Part shown: positions 36,560 to 49,850 of the stretch, piece after piece
Layout of the letters: each line of letters opens with the position of its first letter
Numbering within the stretch: the first letter of the stretch is position 1
Source: Epiperipatus broadwayi
Lineage: Eukaryota > Animalia > Onychophora
Direction: 5' to 3'
NCBI GenBank assembly: GCA_028023455.1
Contig: JAQFVV010000007.1
Coordinates: 14,198,001-14,262,000, forward strand
Length of the DNA stretch: 64,000 nucleotides
Program-made: the position numbers and the translations under genes
Notes under the pieces: model-generated
Databases searched by the model: none
What the model saw: only the letters and a program-made list of their open reading frames with translations
Told to the model about the DNA's origin: nothing

Positions 36560-37620
36560 TTAATCATCATCTTCATTTTTAACTATTATCGATCCACTAG
36601 ACGATGAAGGTCTCTACAAGTTCATTCCATTTTTTTCTATCTTTAACCTCTCTTCTCCACATCGCTTTAACACTCTTCCTTATTTCATGCATTCATCTCA
36701 CATTTGTGTTCTTTCTAGGTCTTTTACAATCTCTTGGAATAGGTTTAAGGTTCCAACTGTCCATCTATTATTATCTCTTCTACAAATATGTCCAGCCTAA
36801 CTTCATTTCAATCCCTTAATTCTTTCGATGATATTTTTAACACCTGTTTACTCTCTCACCCATGTATTCCATTTTCAATCTCTTCTTGTTACTTCTAACA
36901 TACATCTCTCCATATTTTGTTGAATAGTCTGAAATCTCTATATAGCTCTTCGTTAAGTGTCCAAGTCTCAGAGCCATAAGTAAAAACTGGTAACATGCAT
37001 TTATTAGAAACTTTCCTTTTCAAATTACATAGACACATTCACTTTTAAGATGAAATTATTTCTACCAAAAGCTCTCTGACTAAGTTTAATTGTATGCTTA
37101 ATTTTATCCATTATGTTTCAATCTGAAGTAATAATTTGACCTAGATATTTGTAATTGTTAATTTTTCCAACTCATCATTATCAATCTTTATTTTTTTATT
37201 TTGAGAAAATCAATTGAATATTATTTTAGTCTTTTTAACATTTGCCTTTAATCCTGTTTTCTTATTTTTATTTAATAACTTTGCAACATTTCCTGAAACT
37301 CTAAAGCATTATTTGCAAAAATAACTAGATCATCTACAAAATCTAATATACATATTGTAACAGTACAGAAAGAGGAGGTGTACATGGGGTGATGGCAAAC
37401 ATCATTATCCCCATAAAGATACTAATCATATTAATTATAAAAAGGATTACAGTGAATATGAGCTGACAGTCAACATGATGAATCCATAAAGCACATCTCC
37501 AGCATTACAGAAGAATAATTAAATCAAAAATTCATCTTTAATCAACATTAAAAAATCAAAAGTCAACATTGTGATTGGATTTAAAAGAGGTGTATTACAA
37601 AACAAGCTATGTATCTAGTC
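36560..37620 (-). mobile_element. Decayed RTE LINE (RT to 3' end)
   Basis: Minus strand has IIERIKGLK*S*AGHICRRDNNRW-like sequence and a gatgatgat tail. Confidence 0.78.
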
Positions 37621-40189
37621 ACTACTAAACTCAGGAGAGTACATAATACAATACAATACTTTATTGGTGCATATACATAAGTGCTTTAATTCATCAATCA
37701 TAATAAAAAATTATGGTGAGATACTCAAACATGCTGATCATCATCAATGTTCTGGCCATTTGTACCATTAATGTGTAACCAACTATAACTAAATTTCAAG
37801 TGAAATCAAAATGCAATGAATGGACATTAAAAGTGACATATTTGTATCATTCAGAATTGTCATCTGAATATCCAAACATCAACATAAATCCATACATTAA
37901 TAGAACTAATTATTGTTTCCCAAACTAGCCCAGGAAACAATAATTCTACAAATTGTTACTGTGAGGAAAGATAAATATAACAGCTTACTTTCAACAATTT
38001 TAAATAATTTATAGATTTATTCTACTATAATTAAATAATGCTATTGGAATAATTTAAAAATCCCTAAAACATTAAGATGATATTGAAATCTAGTTACACA
38101 CACTGCCCATTCATGTAACAGATATCTGGAGGAATATAGTCATTAATATTAGAACATTTTTATAAAAAATTATTTAATAAATTAACTTGTGAATAATAAA
38201 AAATATCTTAAAAATGGCATGAGAGTACAATAATTTAAATTTATACATTTTTATTAAAAGTTTAGTTTCATATTTTAAAAAAAATCACCTGCTGATTCTA
38301 TTTATTAATTTAATTAACTTTTGCTTTCATTAAATTATTTCCTTATAAAAACAAAAGTTGTAAAACAGCTTTTCATTCAGATACAAGGGCATTTTAAATT
38401 ACCTTAACCCTTTTGTATATAATCAGGGTGGGCACAATGAATAAAAAATGTGAAATTTAATTAATATTAAGTTACCTAAAAACTCTTTCTATAATTTTGA
38501 AGGAAAAAAATTATATGAATTAAAAAACATGTTTCACAAAAAAAGTTACCTTACTAAAATTATTCATTGCTATTAATTATTGTTTTTATAAAAATAATAA
38601 CTATAAATGAAAGTATAATGTGCACATAAAGAAAAATATATTTACTATAGTTTTATTTTGCTCTTTGCATTTTTTTTTGCAATTTAAATGTTTTTCAGTT
38701 TACATGTTAGTTTTCTTTTTGAAAGATTCTTATACAATGTATTAATAATTTGTACCTTTTTTATATGCAGTATGTTTCATGTTCAACCAGAATAAATTTG
38801 TTTGCTTTGTAATAGATTTTCCAAGCTAACACATAGAAATAATTTTTCCAGTTTTCTTTCCAATAATTTTCCAAGTCTGGATGACATATAGAGACACTCA
38901 CTCTTAGTTGGAGACAAGGTTTCAGATTATTTCAGTAGTATCTTCTTCTTTGTTACATTTTTGTCAATGAAGTAGGTTACATGGAGGTATAGATGATGTT
39001 TAGCTTTTGCCTAAACTTAGCACATATTTGTCTTCATTTTGAAGAACATTTTTTCTAAAATTATAGTGTGTTCTACACAGATAAATTTACCTATTGTTCC
39101 ATTTAGCTGCTTGATATAACTGACTATCATCTTCAAAAGCTGTTTTAGGAATGATTGCTTCCTACCAGACATTTAGGTTAGCTGGTCATTCTACACTACT
39201 ATTCTTGGGTCAAATCTGTCTTCCACAAATCACAATTCTGCCTCCAACATTACAAAATTTAATAATAATCAATTAGATCAAATTTGACAAATGCAATTGT
39301 TAAGCCTTTTCCTTCTTCAAATAGGTCAAAAATTAAAATTACAATCAGATATTTTGACATTCATTTATAAATTAAATTTTTTTTTTGACAAAAGAAAGCA
39401 AGATTATCAGATTAATTACACTGATTTCATAAACACTTTTTGTTGTACTGAAGAGAGATAAAAAGAAAAGAAAAAACTTTAAATAATTAAAGTAAAATTA
39501 ATAAATGTTAAAATCTTAGTTTTTCTTTTTGTTCAAATATATTCCTAAATGTAAAACTTTACCTATTTTAGCTCTCTTAAAAAGTTAAAATTAAAATTGT
39601 TAAATAATTTACTTAAGATATATTTTTTCTTTCAGTAATTTTCAAAACCAAAATTAACTGGTAATTAAATAAAATTATTAAAGAGAGAGAATAAGGAAAC
39701 TATCTAATTTTATAATTTCTCTTTCTTTTCCCAACATTTATAAATTATGATACATGTCAATATTAAAATTAGTTTAAAATACATAAAAAATATAATATTA
39801 TATGTGATAAAGAAATTATTTATACAATAGCCATTATTATTATTATAAAAAACATATGGAAAAGTTAAATATTATTTCCCCATTAATTATATCATTCCAA
39901 ATGTAGGGATCATATTTCCAACTATTATTTCCACTACAGCAATGTTGTTACATGGCTACAATATATTTAATATACATATATACTTATGTTTTGGTACTTA
40001 TCAATGCATCGTTTATATAAGCTCTAATATATCATAATGATCTGTCAAGATAAAATGTCAACTCACTCTCTTTGCGTGCATTTTGGAATGACTCCACTTT
40101 GCATGTAAGTTAAACATAAACACATGGACTTATTTAACATTTTATATATATATAAAAGAGGATAGAATTAATAATTCCTCTTTTAATAG

Positions 40190-40870
40190 AGTAATTTTGC
40201 CTTACATTAGGGGGGTTACTGATAAAATCAGTAGAAGACTATCTTGTTTTAATATAAAGACCACTTTTTCTACTGGCAAAAAAATTGGTGATTTTTTGTA
40301 TAAACCTAAAGACAGAATACTTTTGGAACATCAAGGAGTTTATGAAATTCCATGTTGGGTCAGTCTAATAGATGAATTAATGTCAGAATTAAGGAACATA
40401 AAAATGCTTTTCAACAAAAAATTAGCACATCAGTTTTTACTTCCCATTATTTAGAAACTGGTCACAAACCTAATTTTGACAATACAAAACTACTTGCTAA
40501 TTTGGAAAGATATGATTTAAGAACCATGAGCGAGTCAACTGAAATATTAAAGAGACCTACTAGTTTAAATAGAACTGATGAAGCACAACGTATTCCAGTT
40601 ATGTGGAAACTTCTCTTTTTATCCAATATTAACTTAAAATTAACAGGTAAAAATACTGAGGAAAATAAACATTTTGATAAGCCTCATATTGTAAATGCTG
40701 AACTGGAATCTCATTTCTCATCTCGCACACAGTCACGTTATTTGTTAAGATCTAACGGTTTTTCTTTCAAAAGTTAACCTTGAAAATGGCGGTTGCTATT
40801 CCGTCGAAATATTGGTGCTCAATGGAAAATAAGACACGGTACATCCCAAAAACTTATAATTTATATATAT
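40190..40870 (+). mobile_element. Penelope-like 3' fragment (linker, GIY-YIG, terminal repeat with hammerhead remnant)
   Basis: LPYIRGVTDKISRRL...KPKD...GVYEIPC; ccTTGAAAAtggcggttgctattccgtcGAAATATTgg at about 40778-40815. Confidence 0.85.
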
Positions 40871-40952
40871 ATATATAAATTATTTAACTTAATATATATT
40901 TAAAACTTTGATTTCTTTATTTTCTCCACACCTTCCTGAAACATATGACTAA

Positions 40953-41036
40953 AGACAACTGAGAAATGCATATATATATATAAAATGTGTAATATAGACA
41001 ACTGAGAAATGCATATATATATATAAAATGTGTAAT
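40953..41036. repeat. Tandem duplication, 43-bp period, containing (TA)n
   Basis: agacaactgagaaatgca(ta)n aaatgtgtaat occurs twice. Confidence 0.9.
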
Positions 41037-43742
41037 CTTAGAAAACATATTAAATTACCATTTTCTTAAAAACAGTTCAAAATTATGCTACTTGTATAAA
41101 AATGATTTTATTGATATTTACATATATCTTGTATTGGAGAGGGTAATTATTCGATCTTTACACCTCCACAGCACATTATTCTGATGCCATATGTTTGTAG
41201 TGTCAATATTATATATAGATATATAAAGTTAAATCTAGATTTTAGTTACTTTTTAGAATAATCTTAATCATCTTTTGGGGGTTTTCCCCATCCAATTTTT
41301 TATATATGACTGGATCAAACAAACCCTGTTATTGTTCCAACACCAATCCAGCATCAGTTTCCTGCATATTCATGTCTAGAATATGGATTTTTAAATTTAT
41401 ATGAGCATATATTTGGACTTATATAACCTATGACCCCACTATAAAATGTTTTTCAGCAAATAAAGACTATACACAACATCAAAATTTAATTTATCATTAA
41501 TTCAGTGTAAAATAAATATAAAATTAATAATATGATAGATGCTAGTTATATCAAATAAAAATATTAGTAACAATATATATATAATTCTGTCTCAACATTA
41601 TTATAAAGTAAAAAAAAATAGCTGTACTTGCTAATTTGTATTGATATATCAAATTAGGACAGTGGAATATGTGAGTTCTATATTTTGTCATTATATGTTC
41701 CGTTTTATACAAAACTTTGTATAAATTAATAATAATCTATATTATATTTATAAACAAAAATATAAACATTACAATTCAAATAAAGAAAAATATTTTAAAA
41801 TATTATATTTGAATAATAACATGTATACATGTAGATTTTAATTAAAAATAAACATTTACCTACAGTTTATTTACACAGATAGTTTATATTCTTTTGGTTT
41901 CAGTTAAATATCTATAAAATGTTCCTTTCCTAGTATTAGGTCAAATGTGGTTTATATGGTCTACAATGGTTAGAAATTGAATGAAGTCGATATATATTTC
42001 AGATAGATCAATTCATTTTTTAAGTTAGGGATTTAATAAGAAATGATGGATACTTTTTTTCACTTCATAGATTTGGCAGGCTATTTTCTTTTACTTTTTA
42101 CATTATCACATATTTGTGAAGAAAAGTAGCAATTCAAAAACAGTGAGCTAATAATCAATTATCCTGAAAGTTTTATAAACAAAGTTTGAGTTTTAGCACA
42201 GCTAAAATACAGAATATGAGTTTTAAAACTTAATCTATCTTGATATGTTGTTATACTCTAAGTAACTTTGTCTTTAGCTGTTCTTCAGCTTATAATGTTA
42301 GAAATTAGACTTTTTCAGCTTTAGGCCTTTATTTCCCTTAGAGAAAACTTAATTTATTTAATTCTGGAACTGTCTTCAGTTTGAAATAAGACAACTAAAG
42401 TAACTGTAACTCAACAAACACTTCTATTTATAATAGGTCAATTATTCATCAGTATTGCTTTGGAAAACATTTTTGACCTTAATTCATTAATTGCCTTTTC
42501 AGATAACTTTCATAAGCAAGTAAATTTCAATTTCTTGTTTTATATTTTTTTAAATTTATGAATCTATTCAAAGATTAACTAAGTCCAAAAATATTTCTAT
42601 AATTATCCACAATACAATTTGGCAAAGAAACACCTAAATGTACTTGTAAATATGACCCTATTTTATATACAATCACTTAAATATTTGTTAAAATTATTAG
42701 AATTTAAATTTATAGTATGAAATTTGAATAATTTTGAATAATTCATGATATATTTTTGATAAATTCATTTCAAATTCAATTTTCATTTATATTTTTAAAT
42801 GCATGTTTATGCCAAATATTTGTATGAATTGGTTAATTTGTAATTCTACATTTTTGACATAGTGAATTTCAAAAACAATTTGATTTAGAATAATTTTTTA
42901 TTTTATTTTTTTTCATCTTTAATTCCTTTTCCTAGATAAAAATAGTATTCGATTTTGTTCTTATTCTAAATAATTAATTTAATTCTACCTTTAGAAAATT
43001 GTGTAAATCTCAATAGTATATACAATTTTATATATAATGATCAAATTCTACCAAATTTGTACTGTTCAAATTAATATGAAAAAGTGAATAAAATTAATAA
43101 GAAAGTTTTAAAAGCATTGAGCCAGCTTTTGGAAGACTTTTTCCAGAACATGGTGCTGAAGAGAACTCATATTTTTAATGGCGCAATTCTATTCATCACT
43201 ATGAGTCTAGCAGCAATTTTCTGAAAGCTGGTCAGTTCATTTAAGACATTCTTATTAATTTTATTTTACCTTTTCATATTTACTTGAACAGGACAACTTT
43301 AAATAATTATATAAAAGTGAGTTATAAAATTGTCTTTTTGCATTTGCTATCAGATATATCTTTATATCATGTAATCTTTTTATAATATATTACTTTAATG
43401 ATATACAATTTATAACAATATCTAACTTTGGCAATATAAAATGACTTTAAGCACTTTTTTCATTATTTTATTATTAGTTTAGATACAATCCTAATTTATG
43501 TTATGAAACTAAAATGTAAGCAGTAAGATATTGTTCATATAAATATATAGATAAAATAAAACAGGTTTTAAATAGTCATTGCTAGTCTAAGATCTGTCTA
43601 ACTACAATCTGGAAACAATAAAAAGGAAGATATTATCATCAGAGTTAATTAATATTCAAGTAATTTTCCATATTGTTTTAATTATGTCTAAATTTAGCAG
43701 GAAATTATTATTAAATATTCTCTGTGTTAATACTTATTTATT

Positions 43743-44024
43743 AATTAAATTGAAAGGTCACAAACCTCTCACACTTATTATAATTATAATACTTATCTGA
43801 CAGCCAATCAGATGTTATGATGGCTGACTGAATAGTGATGAAACTGTAAACACATGACAAAGAATTTTACAAGAAAAAGGTGGTTCACCCTCATCTCTAC
43901 TTGTCTATCTATATATCTAAGCCAGTCTGAAGCATCTAGACAGCCATCATAACATCTGATTGGCTATCAGATAAGTATTATAATTACAATAAGTGCAAGA
44001 GGTTTGCAGCCTTTCAATTTAATT
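43743..44024. mobile_element. MITE-like element with ~84-bp terminal inverted repeats
   Basis: 43743-43826 is a near-perfect reverse complement of 43941-44024. Confidence 0.8.
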
Positions 44025-44989
44025 TTAACTGTTTGTGCTTTATAAAATAAATATTACTTATTAATGAAAATTGACATATGGTTGGATAGTAAGTTGTGGT
44101 AACCATGTATGTATACATTTATATCACAAAGATAACCATATATTTATAAGTATTAATATTCTGATACTAGAATTATCATACTAGAGAAACTATCTAGAAA
44201 ACTGGGAGACTGATTGATATCTCAAAGATAATCACCTATTTATAAGTACTATATAATATTAGTAGAATGTTAATTGATGTCCCTAAGATAATCACATTTA
44301 CAAGTATTAAATGTTATTGATATTATCATATTAATGAGAAAATATCTACCACATTAGGATGATTAAATTATTTTAGAATATTCATAATAACATATCAAAT
44401 AGAATGTGGGGTCGAGATGAAGCCTATTAAAAATACATTCTACCTTAAAGCAAATTAAATTTTAATTATAGTGAGTGGAAAGTATCCATTTGGTGAATAA
44501 ATGAAGTTACAGAAAAAACAATTGATTATCAAATAGTTTTGGCAATGTAGGAGAGATAGGAGACCTTTTCACACCCACAATAAATGTGTAATGTTGCAAT
44601 GACATCAAATTGAAAGGAAATAAACTCTGTGAGTATACATGTGGAAACGTGTTTTTATCTTTATCAATGTGATCTTTTTTTTGTAATACTTTGACATTTT
44701 CAGTTATTGTCCAGATTTCTTTCTGCCATACTGAATGATATAAATGAAATGATTCCACCAGGATAAAAACCTAATAAAAGTCTCATAATAAAAATGTATT
44801 AGGTGTGTGTGTGTGTGTTTTTGGTTTAAGTTGTTTATAAAAAAAATATGTTTATTAGCATTTCTGTTGAAAATTCCAACATACTCTGTAATCATGTGCT
44901 ATATTTTTGGAAGGAAAATTTTTAGTAGAGATCTTCATTTTCTGTGGTAATATTAAATGTTTTGTTTCAAGGTGACAATTTCTGTTATA

Positions 44990-45360
44990 TATTACACTGT
45001 AAATATCATATGAGTATACTTAATGTGTTTTTATAAAAATTATTTAAAAACCAAATTTAGTAACAATTTTTTTGTGTAATGGCATCATTTCATTAAGATC
45101 ACAAATCACTTTTGTTTTGATTTGGGATGTCATTCTTAAAACTTGTTAGTGTGAAAGTCTTATGTATAGTTAATGTCTTTCTATAAATATTATTTAAAAA
45201 CCATAATCATTTATAGTTTGTTTAATGTGTATTTAAACTAACAATTTCTTTGTGTAATGCTATCATTTCATTAAGATCGCAAATCATATTTTTTTTAATT
45301 TCAAATGTTCTTAAAAGTTGTTAGTGTCTGAGTCGTATATATTTGAATGTCTTGCTCAAA
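44990..45360. repeat. Degenerate tandem repeat, ~177-bp period
   Basis: ttgtgtaatg..atcatttcattaagatc.caaatca...ttgttagtgt occurs twice, plus a partial third unit. Confidence 0.7.
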
Positions 45361-45436
45361 TCATGCATTTCTTACTGAAAATGACAAATATGTTTAGTAT
45401 GTTTTTTATGTTTTTACATTTTGTTATTTTTAGCCC

Positions 45437-45684
45437 TGCAACACAGAGCATTTATTAGACCTACAGCACCCATTTCACATTTGTATCAACCTCCCAGATA
45501 ACTTTGTAAATCTAGCCAAAATATCATGTACAAAATCCATGTTACACATTTTTTTTTTGCCAAAAAGTCATGTACAAGATCTGTGTACATATTATTTTGA
45601 TCAGATCTCAAGATTACAAAGTTATTAGCAGATTGATACGAATGTGAACAGATGCAATATGTCTAATACATGTTCCATGTTGCA
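45437..45684. mobile_element. MITE-like foldback
   Basis: tgcaacacagagcatttattagac...tcacatttgtatcaa...ataactttgtaa pairs with the right-hand 45610-45684. Confidence 0.65.
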
Positions 45685-45739
45685 TCTCTAATATCAAAGT
45701 TTCTAGGATTGTAATGTTATAAATTAAACATTTAGAAAA

Positions 45740-46220
45740 TTGATAGAAGAATATAGGAAGTGGGGACTGCAAATAAATATAATGAAATTAAAAAGCATAT
45801 GTACTTGGGTGTATAAAAGAATACAATATTAGAAAAACTGACTAAAAATGTAAGGAATATAAGTAACTCAGCATATTGATCTTACAAAAAAGAACACATG
45901 AAGCTATAAGAAAAAATTAATGTACTGTGTAGAAAAGCTATAGTGATAATAAATGACATATTATGGAATGAGAACATATCAAAAATAAGTAAAAAGATAT
46001 AATCAATAGTGAGAAGTATTATTTCATATGGAAAAAAGTTTTGCTATTGAATGAAATAGTAAAAAATAGCATTGTTGGTTGCAGAAGTGAATTACTGGCA
46101 AAGAACTACAGAAAGGTCAAGGAGAAAGTGCATAGGCAATAAAAATATTTGAAAAACAATGAATATTATACATACCCTAATAATTTACATCAGAGTAAAA
46201 TAATTGAAATTGGTTGGATA
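45740..46220 (+). mobile_element. Decayed RTE-like fragment
   Basis: YLG and IVRSIISYG remnants. Confidence 0.45.
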
Positions 46221-47643
46221 TATATTGTAATGTTTTCCCATTTTGATAGATTCTGGTAGGCCTTCTTTTACTCACCGTAAATTTGGTGAAAGTTAATCAA
46301 GCTATGAATACAGAAAATGCAAATATTTCATTCATATTTCTACAAAACATAGCTATATTTCCTGATTAACTGGCCTACCAATTATTTCGACTTACGCTAA
46401 TGGCAAAATCACCTTTTTATTTATTTTTATTAGGTTGCCAGGATTCATTTAAGAATCTGCTGAAATCCGCCGCATTGCACATCATAAATTAAAAGGAAAA
46501 TGATTTTTAAAAAAACTGGGTCATAGTTTACTGTAGCTAAGGTTATTATTATTATTTTGAGATAATATTCCCGGGGCTCAATTAATAAATATTGGCAAAG
46601 GGTAAATTATACATTCAAGTCCTAATAAACTAAAATAAATAACTAAAATTAATAATGTATAAATGAAATTGATCTTAAAAGGTAAATATTTTATTATGCA
46701 ATTAAAATATTTAATAAATAGTTATTATTTAGAAAGGACCATGCATGCTAATCCGGGTAATCATTTTATATAATCAATACAGTCCATTTCTCTCTTTAAA
46801 CAATCCATGGATCGAAATGTCATAAATCAGGGAATGTCTCTATCAGAGTTACATCACAAGTTTATATTAAGAATTGTTTGCAAACTTAATTTAGTCACTA
46901 TTGGGATATGAATAGCTTAGCTTACCAGTAAGTTTGTATAGATTTGTGGGATCCTGAGCTCATAGAAATTATAATTGGTCTCTCCTGCCAGGATCTTCAA
47001 TTATCAGTCTATGCTATACCTGGAGCTAGAAGGTCAGATGTGGTAACCTCTTCATTATAGTGTTCACGAGGCTTCATTTCCATTCTTGTGTGATGGCTTC
47101 ATTCAGCAATTGGTGTATCTCTGCAGAAGTATATTACTGCCACAGATTATGCTCATGGAAACTCCAACTCTAAGTCATGTAACCAGAAGGTAAAGAAAGA
47201 CAAGACTGAAATTGTTCTCTTCATTTTATACTTCGGTCCAGTTTGGAAACTTCTGCACATGTTATTATTATCATTATGCGTAAGTTTATAATCTTCTACA
47301 TTTATTTTCTTTATCTGTTATAAAGTTATTTTTTATAACAAATTTTTTTCACCTTCTTTAATTAATATTCTAATGTTTTCTTGATTGTAATCTTTGTGTT
47401 TTTGAAATACCTTTTGCTTATCCAGGTTAGTAATCTGCATGCCTTTTTTTCTTTCTAATTTTAATTTTTATTTTTAATTACATATGAACGAAAAATTTAA
47501 CTTTCATTGTATATTTAAAAAAAAAAAAAATTACACAAACTAAAAAAAATTTTAAATGCATAAATTTAAATTATTTTTAAATTTACTTTTTCTTTTTTTA
47601 GCTTTTAAATATTTTAAATGCCAATATCTTTGGATCATCTATT

Positions 47644-47749
47644 TGAAGACGGTATAATATATATATATATATGTATACACAGTGGATATTTCAGGATGAA
47701 GACGGTATAATATATATATATATATGTATACACAGTGGATATTTCAGGA
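47644..47749. repeat. Tandem duplication, 53-bp period, containing (TA)n
   Basis: tgaagacggtataa(ta)n tgtatacacagtggatatttcagga occurs twice. Confidence 0.9.
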
Positions 47750-48659
47750 CAGATTACCAAAAATATTCAACTGGGTATCATTAGAAAAAAGAAGTACAGG
47801 GCATCCAAAAAGAATTCAATTAAAGGAATAGTTAGAAAAATTAGAGATTGAAATTTATGGTAAATAATATGGATATACATAGAGTCATGGCAACTAGTAT
47901 TCAGAAAAGATCATCAACATTATAGACTGATAAAAGAAAGATAGAAAAATAATGATGATAAGAGGAATATCAGTATCTTACTAGAAATGAGGCAATTTGA
48001 ACAAACTATTTTGACTTAAATGGATAGTGGTAATTTAAGAATGTGGTAGTCTAGAAATAATTGCAGAAATTGTTATGAATTAATCAAAAAAATAAAGAAT
48101 TTATGATCTGCATAAAATTGTTAGTTAATATCATATTGTTTAAAATGTCATGTTTATCTATTGCTTTTTAATGGTTGCTTGGAAAATAGTCAGTTTTATA
48201 TATCACTGACTGAATATTTGTATGTTTATATCAATTTATTGTAATGTTTAATTTAGTTATTACAAGCATCGTGAAAATATGTCATTAAATGAAAAATGAA
48301 TAATAATTATCTTAATTTACTAATAATTAATACTAACATGTATTATTTCAATCTATCATCTCAATTCTTTCTCATATATTCTGTTTTTTTTGGTTTACTG
48401 TTTTAGTCACTAATTGTGAGTTCTTCATCAACCAATGATCTTTCTGCATTAGTTATGATAATGAAATGGCATTTATATGCATAATCACATGATTTAGCAT
48501 ATAAATGTTACAATTCTAACACCAATCCATTTTTTTTGCTTGTTTTTTTTTTAGTGTTTATTTATTTAATCTTATTTTTTCTACAGAAATTAAAGTGATT
48601 CTAGTGATTTATGATTGGCTGCTGATGATGATAATAAATTATGTGACTATGATCAATGG

Positions 48660-48790
48660 TTTGGTGTTGTGGTAGAATGGCAGACTCTGAAATTTAAGGC
48701 CTATGGATTGCTACTCATCTCTATCACTTTTGATTTTCAAACAATTTACAAAATCACAAGCAATGGATCATTTGATTATTTTTTTTAAAA
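48660..48790 (+). mobile_element. SINE family Q copy
   Basis: ggtgttgtggtagaatggcagactctgaaatttaaggcctatgg head matches the 60380-60580 copy. Confidence 0.5.
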
Positions 48791-49214
48791 TTATGATCAA
48801 AAGAATAAAATATCATTTACTTAAATATTGAGTTATGAAAACCCATCACATTTTCAATCATTATTTTCAATTATATAAATTAACACATTTATTAACCCTA
48901 CACAGATTTTTGTTATTCCATCAAATCAGTTTAATTAAATGTAACTGTAATGTTCTAACATTTTTTCAGATTATAATAGTCAATTATTGGAAGGTAATAA
49001 TGTCATAGTGAAAATTGATCAGTACAACCACAACAGATCACTGAGAGAGGTTGTAGGGATTTTTAAAAAGTTGTTAACTCTTTCATTGTTGGTTCTGGAG
49101 TGTCACTTCCTACTCCATGCTGATCACTCCATCACTGTAATAGAATGGTGTTGGTTTAGTAATTGTTATTTATTCAGTCCCTTTCACCACATTTAACAAA
49201 TATTTTATAAGAGG

Positions 49215-49450
49215 AGCAAACTATCCAATACAATCGTGTCAACCAGAGCAAGCCTTAGTAATCAAAAGATGCAATAATGTTTGTGCATGAATCCCTATCT
49301 AGGGTCTACTTATCCAATATCCCCAGACTAATTTTTAACTTGTGGCTTTCATCAGTGAGGAGCCTTGGATTTGAAAGCAGTATACACAGATCTTACAACT
49401 TTACAGCAGCCACCTTTTACCTGTTTACTTAACTATAAAGTGATGAACAC
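49215..49450 (-). mobile_element. Family B single arm with hammerhead motif
   Basis: Matches 10621-10865. Minus strand 49321-49360 reads cctcaCTGATGAaagccacaagttaaaaattagTCtgggg. Confidence 0.8.
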
Positions 49451-49538
49451 AAAACAATTAGAAAGACCATAGGCTACTGATAAGATTGTTATTACATTTT
49501 TATAAAGAAAAAGTTATTGAAAAAGGATTGAATGGAAG

Positions 49539-49693
49539 AATCATGTCCAAATACATTACTAGGACAATCTGCAAGCAGATTCTAAAAAATCATTTTAAAT
49601 AAATTTGCAAATACATTTAATATTTTTTACTTCAAAAAATGGTTCTTTATAATCTATTTGCAATTTGTCCTAGTAATATATTTAGATGTGATT
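49539..49693. repeat. Short foldback (MITE-like)
   Basis: aatcatgtccaaatacattactaggacaa pairs with ttgtcctagtaatatatttagatgtgatt. Confidence 0.7.
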
Positions 49694-49729
49694 GTTTCAT
49701 GAAGTATTTATATTCCTAAACATCCTGCA

Positions 49730-49850
49730 CTATTTGGGAAAATTGCTAGAGCATTTGACTTGGGTCAGAAGGTTCCAAGATCGATTCAGGTGCTTGCCAT
49801 TCTGGTTCCTGGACTTTTTATGAACTCCCAAACAATAAAGCCATGTGCTT
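49730..49850 (+). mobile_element. SINE family Q copy
   Basis: tagagcatttgacttgggtc...gatcgattc...ggactttttatgaactcccaaacaataaagcc. Confidence 0.55.

Noticed and set aside
38420-39320. Possible Tc1/mariner remnant on the minus strand
   Set aside because: Only vague similarity to an N-terminal HTH, with no DDE motif or matching TIR pair recognised.
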